DNA of 64,000 nt. Origin: a virus. Position 1 is the stretch's first letter. Each line of letters begins with the position of its first letter. The stretch is from IMG/VR virus record IMGVR_UViG_3300030060_006882, positions 10,703 to 74,702 of that record. The stretch is one strand, 5' to 3'. Under the pieces are notes generated by a model that saw only the letters and a list, made by a program, of their open reading frames with translations, ran no database searches and was not told where the DNA came from. Of this stretch, positions 46,842-56,759 are shown piece after piece. The position numbers were made by a program, and so were the translations under genes.

Positions 46842-48421
46842 TATTGTTTCCTAAAAACATAAATTGGTTCATACTTCAAATATCTTCCGTTTATACTACA
46901 GAAGTTTTTACATTTTGGTTTTCCATCTTCACCAATTCGATTCTGACCGGGCATCCCTTCCAATGCCATCTTTAACTTATCTATAAAAATAAGACCATTA
47001 GATTCAAGTATCTTAACAGAATCATCCTCCAATGTCAAGTAAGAACCTTTTATTAAAATATCAGCAATATTCCACAGTAAATATCCCCCAGGTCTAAGCC
47101 ACTCACAGCAGGTATTCAGCGTCGGTAAAAGGAATCCATCACGCCAGGATTCGTATGACGAACCATATTTCTTGTAACTCTGCGCCTCATCTTCACTATA
47201 CGCTTCTCTATTGAAGTAAGGAGGAGAAGTAAACACCAAATCCACAGAACCCTTATGATTTGCAAAATCTTCATTTTGATGAATTACCTCCGAACCTAAC
47301 TGGTAGATTTCGTATGTATTCGTTTCTGAGAAGAAGGAGTTTCCTCTGTAGGTTTTTGTGTTATAAAAATCTGCAACATTAGAATACCTAGACGTTCCAT
47401 CAGAGAAGAAATTATCAGGATTGGGGTCAGTACCAATATAGTGAATAGAACGGTCATCCCTGCAAGACATAGCGCCCAAGATTCTACCAGCCCACCCACT
47501 AGAAGGGTCGTAAATTTTAATCGTTCTATTCTCTGTAATATGTTTTGTATATCTTTCATACAGATACTTTGCTGTTGCTGGTGGAAAATTAACCGCTGGT
47601 TGTATATAACCGATTCTAAATGCTTTAAATCCAGAAGGAAATATCTTCCTTCCTTTCTTATACATTCTAATAGAATATAATCTATCACTAGACATATTAT
47701 TTATATCAAATGTAGAATGGTGTCTATACTTCAACCATCCCTTATCACGAAACCCCAATACCTGGTCTGAAGTTAGCTGTAAAATTTCGCTCTGTTCTAA
47801 TTGAAAATATCCAGAATTCAAACCATCTCTAATTTTAACTTCTTCAAGAAAGAAATCATATCCAACAAACATAGTTTTATTTTGAAAAAATGCCTCTATC
47901 CATTCAACACCAGTAGAGACTTCTACTATAGAATATTTCTTACTGTTCTTGATTGTGGAAAGAGCATGGGAATAAAAGGAATCTCTTCTAAAGTGTCTTG
48001 CTGCTCCCTTACAGACCTTATCAAGATAATTAGGATTTGCCACAAGATCATAAATTGAATATCCATTATCTTTATCTGAATAGTTTATACGAGTCTTGAA
48101 CATGTTATCAAAAAACTGATCAACCTCAGACCCCATTCTAGACTTATTAAGAATAACATCATCACTTCCATCAGACAGTTCATCTGTATGAACAAAAGTA
48201 TGAACAGGAAATGATTCTAGTAAATTCCAGTTTTCTATAATTTTGTATTCGTCTTTACCAGTCCTAGGAGGACAATTATTAGTATCCCAAGAATACTTGA
48301 TCACATCTCTCATTTCTTCCACCCACTCATTAAAAGAGTCGAGATTCATTTCTAAGAGATCTTCAAAATTAACATTAATCTTATGATTTATTACGTAATC
48401 GTTTCTTTGATAAAATTTCAT
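46841..48421 (-). CDS. Amino (N4-C/N6-A) DNA methyltransferase
   Basis: YDPSSGWAGR (motif I) and FTSPPYF (motif IV). Confidence 0.8.
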   Translation of the reverse strand: MKFYQRNDYVINHKINVNFEDLLEMNLDSFNEWVEEMRDVIKYSWDTNNCPPRTGKDEYKIIENWNLLESFPVHTFVHTDELSDGSDDVILNKSRMGSEVDQFFDNMFKTRINYSDKDNGYSIYDLVANPNYLDKVCKGAARHFRRDSFYSHALSTIKNSKKYSIVEVSTGVEWIEAFFQNKTMFVGYDFFLEEVKIRDGLNSGYFQLEQSEILQLTSDQVLGFRDKGWLKYRHHSTFDINNMSSDRLYSIRMYKKGRKIFPSGFKAFRIGYIQPAVNFPPATAKYLYERYTKHITENRTIKIYDPSSGWAGRILGAMSCRDDRSIHYIGTDPNPDNFFSDGTSRYSNVADFYNTKTYRGNSFFSETNTYEIYQLGSEVIHQNEDFANHKGSVDLVFTSPPYFNREAYSEDEAQSYKKYGSSYESWRDGFLLPTLNTCCEWLRPGGYLLWNIADILIKGSYLTLEDDSVKILESNGLIFIDKLKMALEGMPGQNRIGEDGKPKCKNFCSINGRYLKYEPIYVFRKQ

Positions 48422-49188
48422 GATCCCACATTCCAGAACAAAGCACCTTTATTTGCATATTTTTTCATAAATTCCCAAGCCTTTGCATCATATGTTATTG
48501 CGGAGGGGAATGGTGGTTTGACTTTTGCGGGTTTGTTGAATGGAATTTCACATTTGTATGTTTTTGCACGTCCGTAGTCTCCAGCGTGTCCCACAGTAAC
48601 ACAATGAAAGGCTGCGTCCCTCCACGTCCTCTGTAGTCCTCGTGTGAGGGTTCCAGAGGATCCGACTGTCCATACTTCACTCGGAACCACACCAATATCA
48701 CTAGAAACACGAGCGATGCTAGCGATAACAGTATCATCATCAAATCCGATAGGAAGAAGTCTACGACGTTTTGGATCTTCTGCAACATAGTCCCTAGCCC
48801 TTTTTTCTGTAACGGATAACATTCCGTTTGGAACCCAGTGCATTATAGCACCTTCTTCTATGGCACGCAACTGATAATCATGAAGTTTATCCATAGATCG
48901 CTTTGCCATAAAAATTACTGATTTTTTACCATATTTGGCGCACATACAAGAAAGAGAAATCTGTGCGTACCCAGTTGCCGGCGAACTCCCATATACCCAT
49001 TCTTCTACCTCCGGATTAGAACTAATTAAATAATCTGCAAATCTCATCTTAGATCCACCGCCCAACATGTCATCACGAACAATTAAAAAGCCCTCATGTT
49101 CTTCTATGACTGGTTTTGGATAAGGATCAATCCAATCTTTGATTATATTAGAATAATCATCATCTGTTAATTCAAATAAATTAGACAT
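48418..49188 (-). CDS. PLP-dependent fold-type II enzyme
   Basis: VRDD..GGSK, GSSGT, YDAKAW and LFWNVG motifs. Confidence 0.8.
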   Translation of the reverse strand: MSNLFELTDDDYSNIIKDWIDPYPKPVIEEHEGFLIVRDDMLGGGSKMRFADYLISSNPEVEEWVYGSSPATGYAQISLSCMCAKYGKKSVIFMAKRSMDKLHDYQLRAIEEGAIMHWVPNGMLSVTEKRARDYVAEDPKRRRLLPIGFDDDTVIASIARVSSDIGVVPSEVWTVGSSGTLTRGLQRTWRDAAFHCVTVGHAGDYGRAKTYKCEIPFNKPAKVKPPFPSAITYDAKAWEFMKKYANKGALFWNVGS

Positions 49189-49529
49189 TACTTATAAATT
49201 TCCGCATGTCCTTCTTCTAGTAACATATCATTTAGACTTCTGTTATCAACGTAAATCTCACCTAGATATCTACCATACTTACCACGTTCTTTACCTGTTC
49301 TAACAACAACTTCAGATCCAACAGGAATTTTTTCCTCAACAAACTTCTTTGCCTTCAATCCATCTTCTCTTTCTTCTCCACGAGTTTCCCAAGCATCAAC
49401 ACCATAGAATCTAATACGTTCTTTTCTTATAATATTAAATCCACAATCTACTAGAAGATCCACCGTATCACCATCTACTATTTTAGTTACGGTTGCTTTA
49501 TAGACATACTGAGGTTTCATTTCTTTCAT
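49188..49529 (-). CDS. Thermonuclease (SNase-like)
   Basis: IVDGDT, RF.GVDA.E and GKYGRYL motifs. Confidence 0.9.
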   Translation of the reverse strand: MKEMKPQYVYKATVTKIVDGDTVDLLVDCGFNIIRKERIRFYGVDAWETRGEEREDGLKAKKFVEEKIPVGSEVVVRTGKERGKYGRYLGEIYVDNRSLNDMLLEEGHAEIYK

Positions 49530-49531
49530 TA

Positions 49532-51247
49532 CTATTTCATCCTACTAAAATTGTTTGTTTTTGTGAAGTTTATTGATTTTTTAAATTTATCTGTTAATTG
49601 TTCACCTTTGTGTGTAATAACAAATATATTATTATTTTTAGATAAATCTCTAAGAACCTTTGTTAGATCATCGACTCCGACACCATCCAGAGAAGAGTCA
49701 AAAATCTCATCTAATATTAATATATTACAACTTGCACTATTCTTCAGCTTTGCTATTTCTCTCCAAGTTAAAAGAATCGCTAGATCTATTCTAGATTTTT
49801 CACCTTCACTAAAATTCATATAACTAAACTTATCTCTATGCCTACTTTTAATTACTTCGTTAAATTCTTCATCCAAAGTAAAAGTAACAAAGAAATTCAT
49901 TCGATCTAGATATTTGTTTATCAATTTATTCATAATAGGCAAATAATTCTTTATGATCTTCGACTTAATACCAGAGTCTTTTAGAAGAACTAGTAGAATC
50001 TCATAACAGCTCTTTTTTTCTCGTAGTTCTGATAGATCTAATTCGGTGTTTCTTATGTCATTCTCGTATGAATTTATATTTTCTTGAGATTCTTTTATAC
50101 TAGCAGTGAAATCATTTATGGAATCAATGTCTTGTTGCAGTGATGTCATATATTTTTTTGCTGCAGATAGAGAGTTAGACTTTTCTGTTACACTAAATTT
50201 TATTTCATTCATTTGTTCTATAGAATTCATCTTATTGGAAGAGTCACTATTTAGAACTTGTGTATTATCAACCAATTCTGAAATGGCTTTTGTTACTTCT
50301 TCATGTTTTTCTGATAAAGAATCGACTTTATCTTTCTTAAAATCCTCTGTTATGGTTTGCATACAGACTGGACATGACTCATTTTTAGTAAAGAAATCTA
50401 TATCTTTTATTAAATCTTTTTCTTTTGATTTTAGTTGAAAACTTAGTTTTTCTATCTTAGACACTTTTCGCTGTATCTCTTCATTCTCTTCTATTACATC
50501 GGGAAGAGTTTTAATTTGAGTATTCATCTCATCAATATCATTTTCCAATTCCTGTATCTTGGAAGCAATCTCTTCTATCTTTTTAGAATTATTTGATACG
50601 TTTTTTTCTTTCTTTTCTAAAAGATTCTTTATATTCTCAGATTGAATTGAAATCTTTTCTTTGAATATTTCAATTTTATGATTCAAACCAGATATAGATT
50701 CTTTTATTGCTGATAGTTTTGCCTTTATAATAACATTCATAGAACTGAATATGTTAATGTCTAATATGTCTTCTATTACATCACGACGATCATTGGCACT
50801 AAGCTGCATAAATGGGATAAAGGAAGAGCTACCTAGAGTTACGATCTGAGTGAATGATTTATAGTTCATTTTCAGTATCTGATCCTCTAGTAATTTTTGA
50901 TAATCTTTTGCTTTTGCTTCCTGTGACAGTAATACATCATCTTTATAAATTTCAAATGTTTTAGGAGCAAGTCCTCTAACGACTTTATAACGAGTAGAAG
51001 AAATAGTGAAGTAAACCTCAACAATACAGTTTTTCTTATTAATTGTGTTTACTAACTGAGGAATGTTTATTTTTCTGAATGGTTTTCCAAACAAACCAAA
51101 AGTAATAGAATCCAATAAAGCATATGACTTACCGTGTCCATTAGACCCAGTAACCAAAGTCATATCACTCTCAGAAAATTCAATTTCCGTAAAGTAATTT
51201 CCAAACGAACCAAAATTTTTAAATCTCACCTTCTCAAACTTTATCAT
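49532..51247 (-). CDS. 46: Recombination ATPase subunit (gp46, SbcC-like)
   Basis: GSNGHGKS, CPVC hook, FSEGE and LDEIFD motifs. Confidence 0.95.
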   Translation of the reverse strand: MIKFEKVRFKNFGSFGNYFTEIEFSESDMTLVTGSNGHGKSYALLDSITFGLFGKPFRKINIPQLVNTINKKNCIVEVYFTISSTRYKVVRGLAPKTFEIYKDDVLLSQEAKAKDYQKLLEDQILKMNYKSFTQIVTLGSSSFIPFMQLSANDRRDVIEDILDINIFSSMNVIIKAKLSAIKESISGLNHKIEIFKEKISIQSENIKNLLEKKEKNVSNNSKKIEEIASKIQELENDIDEMNTQIKTLPDVIEENEEIQRKVSKIEKLSFQLKSKEKDLIKDIDFFTKNESCPVCMQTITEDFKKDKVDSLSEKHEEVTKAISELVDNTQVLNSDSSNKMNSIEQMNEIKFSVTEKSNSLSAAKKYMTSLQQDIDSINDFTASIKESQENINSYENDIRNTELDLSELREKKSCYEILLVLLKDSGIKSKIIKNYLPIMNKLINKYLDRMNFFVTFTLDEEFNEVIKSRHRDKFSYMNFSEGEKSRIDLAILLTWREIAKLKNSASCNILILDEIFDSSLDGVGVDDLTKVLRDLSKNNNIFVITHKGEQLTDKFKKSINFTKTNNFSRMK

Positions 51248-52004
51248 CAGATCTCTTTTTTGCAATAATAGTCTTCAATGGAGAACCGTCGACCATAGAC
51301 TTAAATTTTGTATGTTCGTTCTTTTTTTCCCTTTCTTTTTCTTCTCTTTCTTTTCGTTTTCTTTTTCTTGCTTTATATAAAGGCTCAGGTTCATCGGGTG
51401 TTTCTGTTCCATCTAATAATTTAGTAACATTTCTTTTGTTCTTTCCGCAATTACACCCCATATCCTTTTCTCCTTTAGTTTCTGGTGTGGTATTGGATTC
51501 TAAATTTTTGTTAATATCAATATTAGTAAATCCATACTTGTTTTCTCTAGATCCTAATACAATTTCTTCCGATTCAGATATTTCTCTTTTTGCTCGGATA
51601 GTTACTATGTTATATTTTCTATTATATTCAACATCAGCATTACTTTCTAAACTTTGCTTATATGCAAAAAAATTACCTGTAGGCAGAATCAGTGGATGTC
51701 CTAGCTCGTGAAATACTTCATGTGCCGTAGGGTAAACTAGGCATTTAGATAGTAAAACCGGATCATTTAATTTAGTCTTATCAACTAAATCTTCAACAGT
51801 AGTTCTTACTACAAGAACAGGAGATTCTTCTATTATATCACCAGATCCATAACTTCTATCTGCATACACACCGCATCCAGTTTTGTCACATTTTATTGTA
51901 GTATCAGGTAAAGAAAATTTAGAATAATAAGACTTGTCACCAGTACTAATTAAATCCTTACCCAAAGAATAATCTATCCAAGTTTGTTTTATATCTTCAC
52001 TCAT
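51234..52004 (-). CDS. Degenerate SET-domain protein with basic C-terminal extension
   Basis: GCGVYA....GDIIEESPVL ... YKQS..SNA ... AKREI...EEIVL. Confidence 0.6.
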   Translation of the reverse strand: MSEDIKQTWIDYSLGKDLISTGDKSYYSKFSLPDTTIKCDKTGCGVYADRSYGSGDIIEESPVLVVRTTVEDLVDKTKLNDPVLLSKCLVYPTAHEVFHELGHPLILPTGNFFAYKQSLESNADVEYNRKYNIVTIRAKREISESEEIVLGSRENKYGFTNIDINKNLESNTTPETKGEKDMGCNCGKNKRNVTKLLDGTETPDEPEPLYKARKRKRKEREEKEREKKNEHTKFKSMVDGSPLKTIIAKKRSDDKV

Positions 52005-53035
52005 GAATTTAAAGCCTCTATGTAAATATCACTAATCAACTTTTTCAGTTTTAACTTGTCCAATTCATCATCAAATGATTCAATTTCTTCATTTATTATT
52101 GTAATAGTATCTTTACTTAGGTCAACATTTTCTTTCTCAGTTTCGTCTGTTGACGTGTCTTCTATTACAGTAAAATCAAAAGGTTCAGCTCTGTCTATAT
52201 TTAGAACGATTGATTCTGATTTTTTCTTAGAAGTATTTGAATTTATAATCAACTTCACATATTTATTTTTAAGTTCAGAATAGTTAAAATTTTCATCAAC
52301 ATCTTCTGTTGAAATAACATAAAAAATCTGATCTATATTTTCAATAAAATCTATGTCTCTTGTTTCAGTATCAAGAACACTAAATCCTTTCTGTGTTCCA
52401 GAATCTGCATATGTCATTTCATACTGTGTTCCCAAATAGTTCACATTATTTTTTTGTGATCTTAAATGGAAATGTCCAGACAGAACTGTCTCGAATCTAC
52501 TAAAAATCTTATCTGACATCCCATCTTTAAAATTTACCCCAGATAAAACCTGATGTCCACTCAACTCAAAGTGTCCAGCCACTATTGGACATTTACAGTT
52601 TTTTATATAATCTAAAACTTCAGACTCATTTTCGCTACATATCCAGGGAACTAGCCCTATACAAAGACCATCATGCTCAAATGTATATGGAACATTGTGC
52701 AAATGAAAATTAGAATAATCGGAGAACAGCTCATTTGCAGAATTTATCTCATTAGTATTTCTATAATACATGTCATGATTCCCCACAATCATATGAAATT
52801 CAATACCCATTTCTGTGAGAGGTTCTATAAATCTTTTTTTGACTTTGTTGAGCGTATGAATATTTACATACTTTCTCCTATCAAGTAGATCACCCAAGTG
52901 AAAAATAGTTTTTATATCATTGTCTTTAATGTAAGGAAAGAACTGAGTTTCAAAAAAATCTAAAAAATGATTTAGAAAAAAAGAAGAATCATTTCTAATC
53001 CCAAAATGGGTATCATTTATCAACGCTATTTTCAT
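52001..53035 (-). CDS. 47: Recombination nuclease subunit (gp47, SbcD-like)
   Basis: DTHFG, GDLLD, GNHD and SGHFH motifs. Confidence 0.95.
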   Translation of the reverse strand: MKIALINDTHFGIRNDSSFFLNHFLDFFETQFFPYIKDNDIKTIFHLGDLLDRRKYVNIHTLNKVKKRFIEPLTEMGIEFHMIVGNHDMYYRNTNEINSANELFSDYSNFHLHNVPYTFEHDGLCIGLVPWICSENESEVLDYIKNCKCPIVAGHFELSGHQVLSGVNFKDGMSDKIFSRFETVLSGHFHLRSQKNNVNYLGTQYEMTYADSGTQKGFSVLDTETRDIDFIENIDQIFYVISTEDVDENFNYSELKNKYVKLIINSNTSKKKSESIVLNIDRAEPFDFTVIEDTSTDETEKENVDLSKDTITIINEEIESFDDELDKLKLKKLISDIYIEALNS

Positions 53036-53576
53036 TTACTTTTCTTTTCTTTTTTTTAGGAGTAAACTTTGCTATATCGTTCTTAGACAAAGAAAAGAAA
53101 TCAGCTAAACCGTCATCATTCTCTTCCTTTTCCGTATTTGAAAAGTTATTACTGAACCATCTACGAACACTACCTTCATGATCAAGGTGATCGATCATCT
53201 TGTACTTAATATAATTTTGTTTCTTTTCTTTATCTATTCTTCTGATAAAGGCATAGTAAGTAATTTGTGTAAAGTAAGAAAATGGATTTTTTGATTTATC
53301 TGGATCAAAGTTATGTGCATACATCAAACAATTTTCTACTGCATCCCCAACCATATCCTCTCGAAAAGGATAATTAACAAAATTAGATTTACGAGAAAGA
53401 TGCTCTGCAATGTCCCAGAAACACTTTCCTAGGTACTCCGTGGCAGGTGGTGGATCATCTCCACTTTCTCTTGTTCTAAGGACTTCGGCTTTCCACTCTT
53501 TAATTTCTTCAAAAAACTTCTCATTATCTATATAATTATTTGACATTTTTTTCCTTGACATATTTAAAGTATACAT
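53013..53576 (-). CDS. 55: Late-transcription sigma factor (gp55)
   Basis: YIDN..F, NF.NY..REDM..D..ENC..Y..NFD and NPFSYFTQI...AF.RRI.KEK. Confidence 0.93.
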   Translation of the reverse strand: MYTLNMSRKKMSNNYIDNEKFFEEIKEWKAEVLRTRESGDDPPPATEYLGKCFWDIAEHLSRKSNFVNYPFREDMVGDAVENCLMYAHNFDPDKSKNPFSYFTQITYYAFIRRIDKEKKQNYIKYKMIDHLDHEGSVRRWFSNNFSNTEKEENDDGLADFFSLSKNDIAKFTPKKKKRKVNENSVDK

Positions 53577-53611
53577 TATAATCCGAGTGTAACGAGTAAA
53601 AAAGAGATCTA

Positions 53612-54235
53612 TTAATACTCTTTTGGATTAGAACTCCAATCAGTCCATCTGTTACCAAAATCCGGATGATTCAATTCATCTTCTGTGCTCTCATCAGCAT
53701 TTATTTCTTCTGGGGTAAAGTTAAATTCAAATTCAAAATCTATTCCTTCTCCCTCTGGAAAATTAAGACCTTCCATCATTTGTCTTAACATTTCTTCGTT
53801 CATGGGAATCATTCCCCACTTTTTAAAATTTTCTGACGGATTATCTATCTCAGATTCCATCTCATCCAGCATATTTTCTAGTTCTTCTTGAAGATTTTTC
53901 TTTGTATCTTTATAATTTTGAAGCTTCCTTTGTGGTTGATCATCAGATAGCTTTTTCTCTACTTCTTTTTTATACAAAGAAATAACTTCTTCTTCTGGAC
54001 TTGTATAGGTAAGGATATAATCACTTGGTAAAGAGACTTCAACATCTTTAGTATAAGACACCCAATCACGAAGAACTGTTATTTCTTTTTGAGTACCATT
54101 ATATGGATCTGGAATGATCATGGTTTTAAATACCATTGGTAGATTCAAATAAACTTCATTATTTTCCTCTTTAACCACACTACAAATCATTTCATCACCG
54201 CTCTTTAGTTTTAGAATTTTATATACTGGATCCAT
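53612..54235 (-). CDS. Conserved T4-like hypothetical protein (Sm-like N-terminus)
   Basis: ILKLKSGDE.I start; lies between uvsW and gp55. Confidence 0.7.
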   Translation of the reverse strand: MDPVYKILKLKSGDEMICSVVKEENNEVYLNLPMVFKTMIIPDPYNGTQKEITVLRDWVSYTKDVEVSLPSDYILTYTSPEEEVISLYKKEVEKKLSDDQPQRKLQNYKDTKKNLQEELENMLDEMESEIDNPSENFKKWGMIPMNEEMLRQMMEGLNFPEGEGIDFEFEFNFTPEEINADESTEDELNHPDFGNRWTDWSSNPKEY

Positions 54236-54245
54236 TTGTTACCTC

Positions 54246-55724
54246 TTATAGTATTATTCTAGTATTACTAAAATCAAAACCTTCATTATTATATATCTTG
54301 AGCCTTTCGTCTAGGTGTCTCAATGTGTGATTGATATAACTCTTATATTTCATATCATCTGATATATCATAAATTTTTGTTACTTTTTGATTTTTAGACT
54401 TCCTCAAACCACGTCCTATAGACTGCAATACCCTTACAACTGATTTGGAAGGAGAAGCAAATATTACATTGTCTATATTAGGAATATTAAGTCCAGTTGA
54501 ACATGTACCGTATGATGCCACTAAAATGGCATTCTTTTCTTTATTTACTATTTTTCTTATATCTTCTCTTTGAGATGCTTCAGTACCACCGTGTATGAAA
54601 AATATCTTCTTATTGTTGTCCAATGCCAGTAAACTCTCATTTAAAACTTTTCCATGAAGTTCTACGTAGTTGAACAGTATCAATGTATTACCTTTGGTTT
54701 TAGTTGCAAGATTTACTATAAAATTATTTCTCTTTTCGTTTGTAATGAGATACTTAATTTCATCCTGATATGAAGTTCTTTTATTCTCATTACAAATATC
54801 ATCATCGTACTTTAACGTTATGCACTCTATTTTAAGATCAGATAGCAATTCTTTATCTATAAGTTTCTTAGTAGAAGTAACATTAAATACTCTGCCAAAT
54901 AAACCCTCAATCACTAATTTATGAGTTTTAGTTCCATCTAGTGTACCAGTGGTTCCGATTCTGTAATGTGCATTTTTTATTTTAGTCATAAGAGAAACCA
55001 GTGATTTTGATTTGAACAAATGGCATTCATCGCCAAATACTACGGAAAACTTTTCGAAGTATTCATTAGGCATATTATACAGGCTTTGCCAGGTAGATAC
55101 AACTATTTTTTTATAAGTTTTTTTCTCTTGGCCAGAAAAAATGGCATGTACGTTATTATCCACACTCCATTTGTCTTGTGTGTAATCCTTGAAATCATTT
55201 ATCATTTGATTCACCAAACCTATGGTAGGAACTACTATTAGTATTTTCTCTTCCTCTGATATTTTATTGAAATAATACCTCATCAATAAGTAAATTATTA
55301 GAGATTTGCCACTTCCTGTAGGTGACAATAAAAGAATTCTTTTTTTATTCAGTGATTTAAATGTAGCACTTAACTGGTGTGGGTGTGGTTTTAGTTTTAG
55401 TTTTAAACTAGAGACAAATTCAGAAAATTCCTCTAGTGTTATCTTTTCTTCATCCAGTGCTAATAAGTTATCACTGTCTATATCAAATGTATATTTTCTG
55501 TCTGCGGCAAACTGTTTTATGTAATCTAACAAGCCAACATAAATAGTTCTACCATATAAGTTAAAAAGACGTATCTGTCCGTCCCACACCTTTTTTTTGT
55601 ATGCAGGTGTATATTGATAATTAGGAACATAGAATGTGAAGTATTGATTCAATTCTTTTGCAATTGACTTTTCACACTCTATTATAAGATTAACAGCGTC
55701 TTTTTGGTGTACAATAATATCCAT
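54246..55724 (-). CDS. uvsW: SF2 helicase UvsW
   Basis: WDG.IRL, PTGSGKS, DECH, TGT and QSIGRGLR motifs. Confidence 0.95.
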   Translation of the reverse strand: MDIIVHQKDAVNLIIECEKSIAKELNQYFTFYVPNYQYTPAYKKKVWDGQIRLFNLYGRTIYVGLLDYIKQFAADRKYTFDIDSDNLLALDEEKITLEEFSEFVSSLKLKLKPHPHQLSATFKSLNKKRILLLSPTGSGKSLIIYLLMRYYFNKISEEEKILIVVPTIGLVNQMINDFKDYTQDKWSVDNNVHAIFSGQEKKTYKKIVVSTWQSLYNMPNEYFEKFSVVFGDECHLFKSKSLVSLMTKIKNAHYRIGTTGTLDGTKTHKLVIEGLFGRVFNVTSTKKLIDKELLSDLKIECITLKYDDDICNENKRTSYQDEIKYLITNEKRNNFIVNLATKTKGNTLILFNYVELHGKVLNESLLALDNNKKIFFIHGGTEASQREDIRKIVNKEKNAILVASYGTCSTGLNIPNIDNVIFASPSKSVVRVLQSIGRGLRKSKNQKVTKIYDISDDMKYKSYINHTLRHLDERLKIYNNEGFDFSNTRIIL

Positions 55725-56158
55725 CAGATGCCCTGTGTGAACTTAATCCATTCTATTGCAGACTTAATATTCCACTGTCTAGAGCTTACTATTTTCACAA
55801 CCTCTTCTAAATAGTCAACTACGGATTTCTGTAGTGATATCTTAGCTCTGATTTTCTGCATATCTTCATCAGAGTCTAGAAACATCGGTATGTCAGTTTT
55901 TAGAATGGTATAATCAAAAGGTTCCCAGTTTAACCTTTTCATATCATCATCACCAAGTTTACCTGTGTAATATAACCACTTATTTCTTTTTAATATTTTT
56001 TCTTGAAACTCAAGTTTCTCTAACTCTAGCTTTGAGTTCTCATGAAAAATTAAGTATTTGTTATGAAGTTGCGGTGTATTCAGTGATTCTGTATGTAAAT
56101 CATTTTCATTAATAACAAGATCTGATTTGACCATTGTACGCAAGTCTTCTATATTCAT
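55724..56158 (-). CDS. uvsY: Recombination mediator UvsY
   Basis: ESL..P.LH.KY, YYTGK and IK.AIEW..F..G motifs. Confidence 0.9.
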   Translation of the reverse strand: MNIEDLRTMVKSDLVINENDLHTESLNTPQLHNKYLIFHENSKLELEKLEFQEKILKRNKWLYYTGKLGDDDMKRLNWEPFDYTILKTDIPMFLDSDEDMQKIRAKISLQKSVVDYLEEVVKIVSSRQWNIKSAIEWIKFTQGI

Positions 56159-56170
56159 ATAAACTCCACA

Positions 56171-56689
56171 TCATGCTTTTTCTACATCATAATAAGAAAA
56201 TCTAAAAGTGGCAGAAGAAGAGAGCTGAATTGAATCTGCTGCTGTTGTAGTGAAAGAAAAACCAGTCAAGGATATAGGAAACATATTGTAGAACTTATAC
56301 TTAAACTTGGGCTTATATGCACTATTCAATATAGTAAGTTCCCCTACTGTAGTGGAATCATAACAGTTGTCATACATTATTTCCTGTGAATTTTCATTCA
56401 TTGGTCCTAAACGAATCATCCACTCGTATATTTCTCTCCAGGATTCCAATTCTTCGTCTACTAAAAACGATACCGTCAAATCTTCAAATATGTATTTACC
56501 GGTTGCAGTTGGAATATTAACACCAAACGCGGTCCCAAGTTCAGCACTCACAAATTCAATTGATGGTACGTTCACACCAATAACATATTCACCTAGGATC
56601 GGAATCCTAGCAGTGTTAAATTTAAATTGATTTGCAGTAAGCAAATTTGAAGTTGTCGGGAAGTTTCCCAGTAGTCTATCGTCTGCCAT
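56171..56689 (-). CDS. Tail tube terminator/completion protein (gp3-like)
   Basis: F.DL.V.FLVDE.L....EIY.W, FP.SL and F.Y motifs; position after gp23. Confidence 0.85.
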   Translation of the reverse strand: MADDRLLGNFPTTSNLLTANQFKFNTARIPILGEYVIGVNVPSIEFVSAELGTAFGVNIPTATGKYIFEDLTVSFLVDEELESWREIYEWMIRLGPMNENSQEIMYDNCYDSTTVGELTILNSAYKPKFKYKFYNMFPISLTGFSFTTTAADSIQLSSSATFRFSYYDVEKA

Positions 56690-56694
56690 ATAAG

Positions 56695-56702
56695 TATTTA
56701 TA
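56695..56702 (-). promoter_or_regulatory. Late promoter TATAAATA
   Basis: Exact consensus only 5 nt from the gp3 ATG. Confidence 0.75.
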
Positions 56703-56703
56703 T

Positions 56704-56734
56704 AAAAAAAAGGAGCACTCCGAAGAGTGCTCCC
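56704..56734 (-). terminator. Terminator after gp23 with UUCG loop
   Basis: GGAGCACTC-TTCG-GAGTGCTCC followed by a T run. Confidence 0.9.
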
Positions 56735-56759
56735 TTTATTTTGAACTACTTAGTTACGA

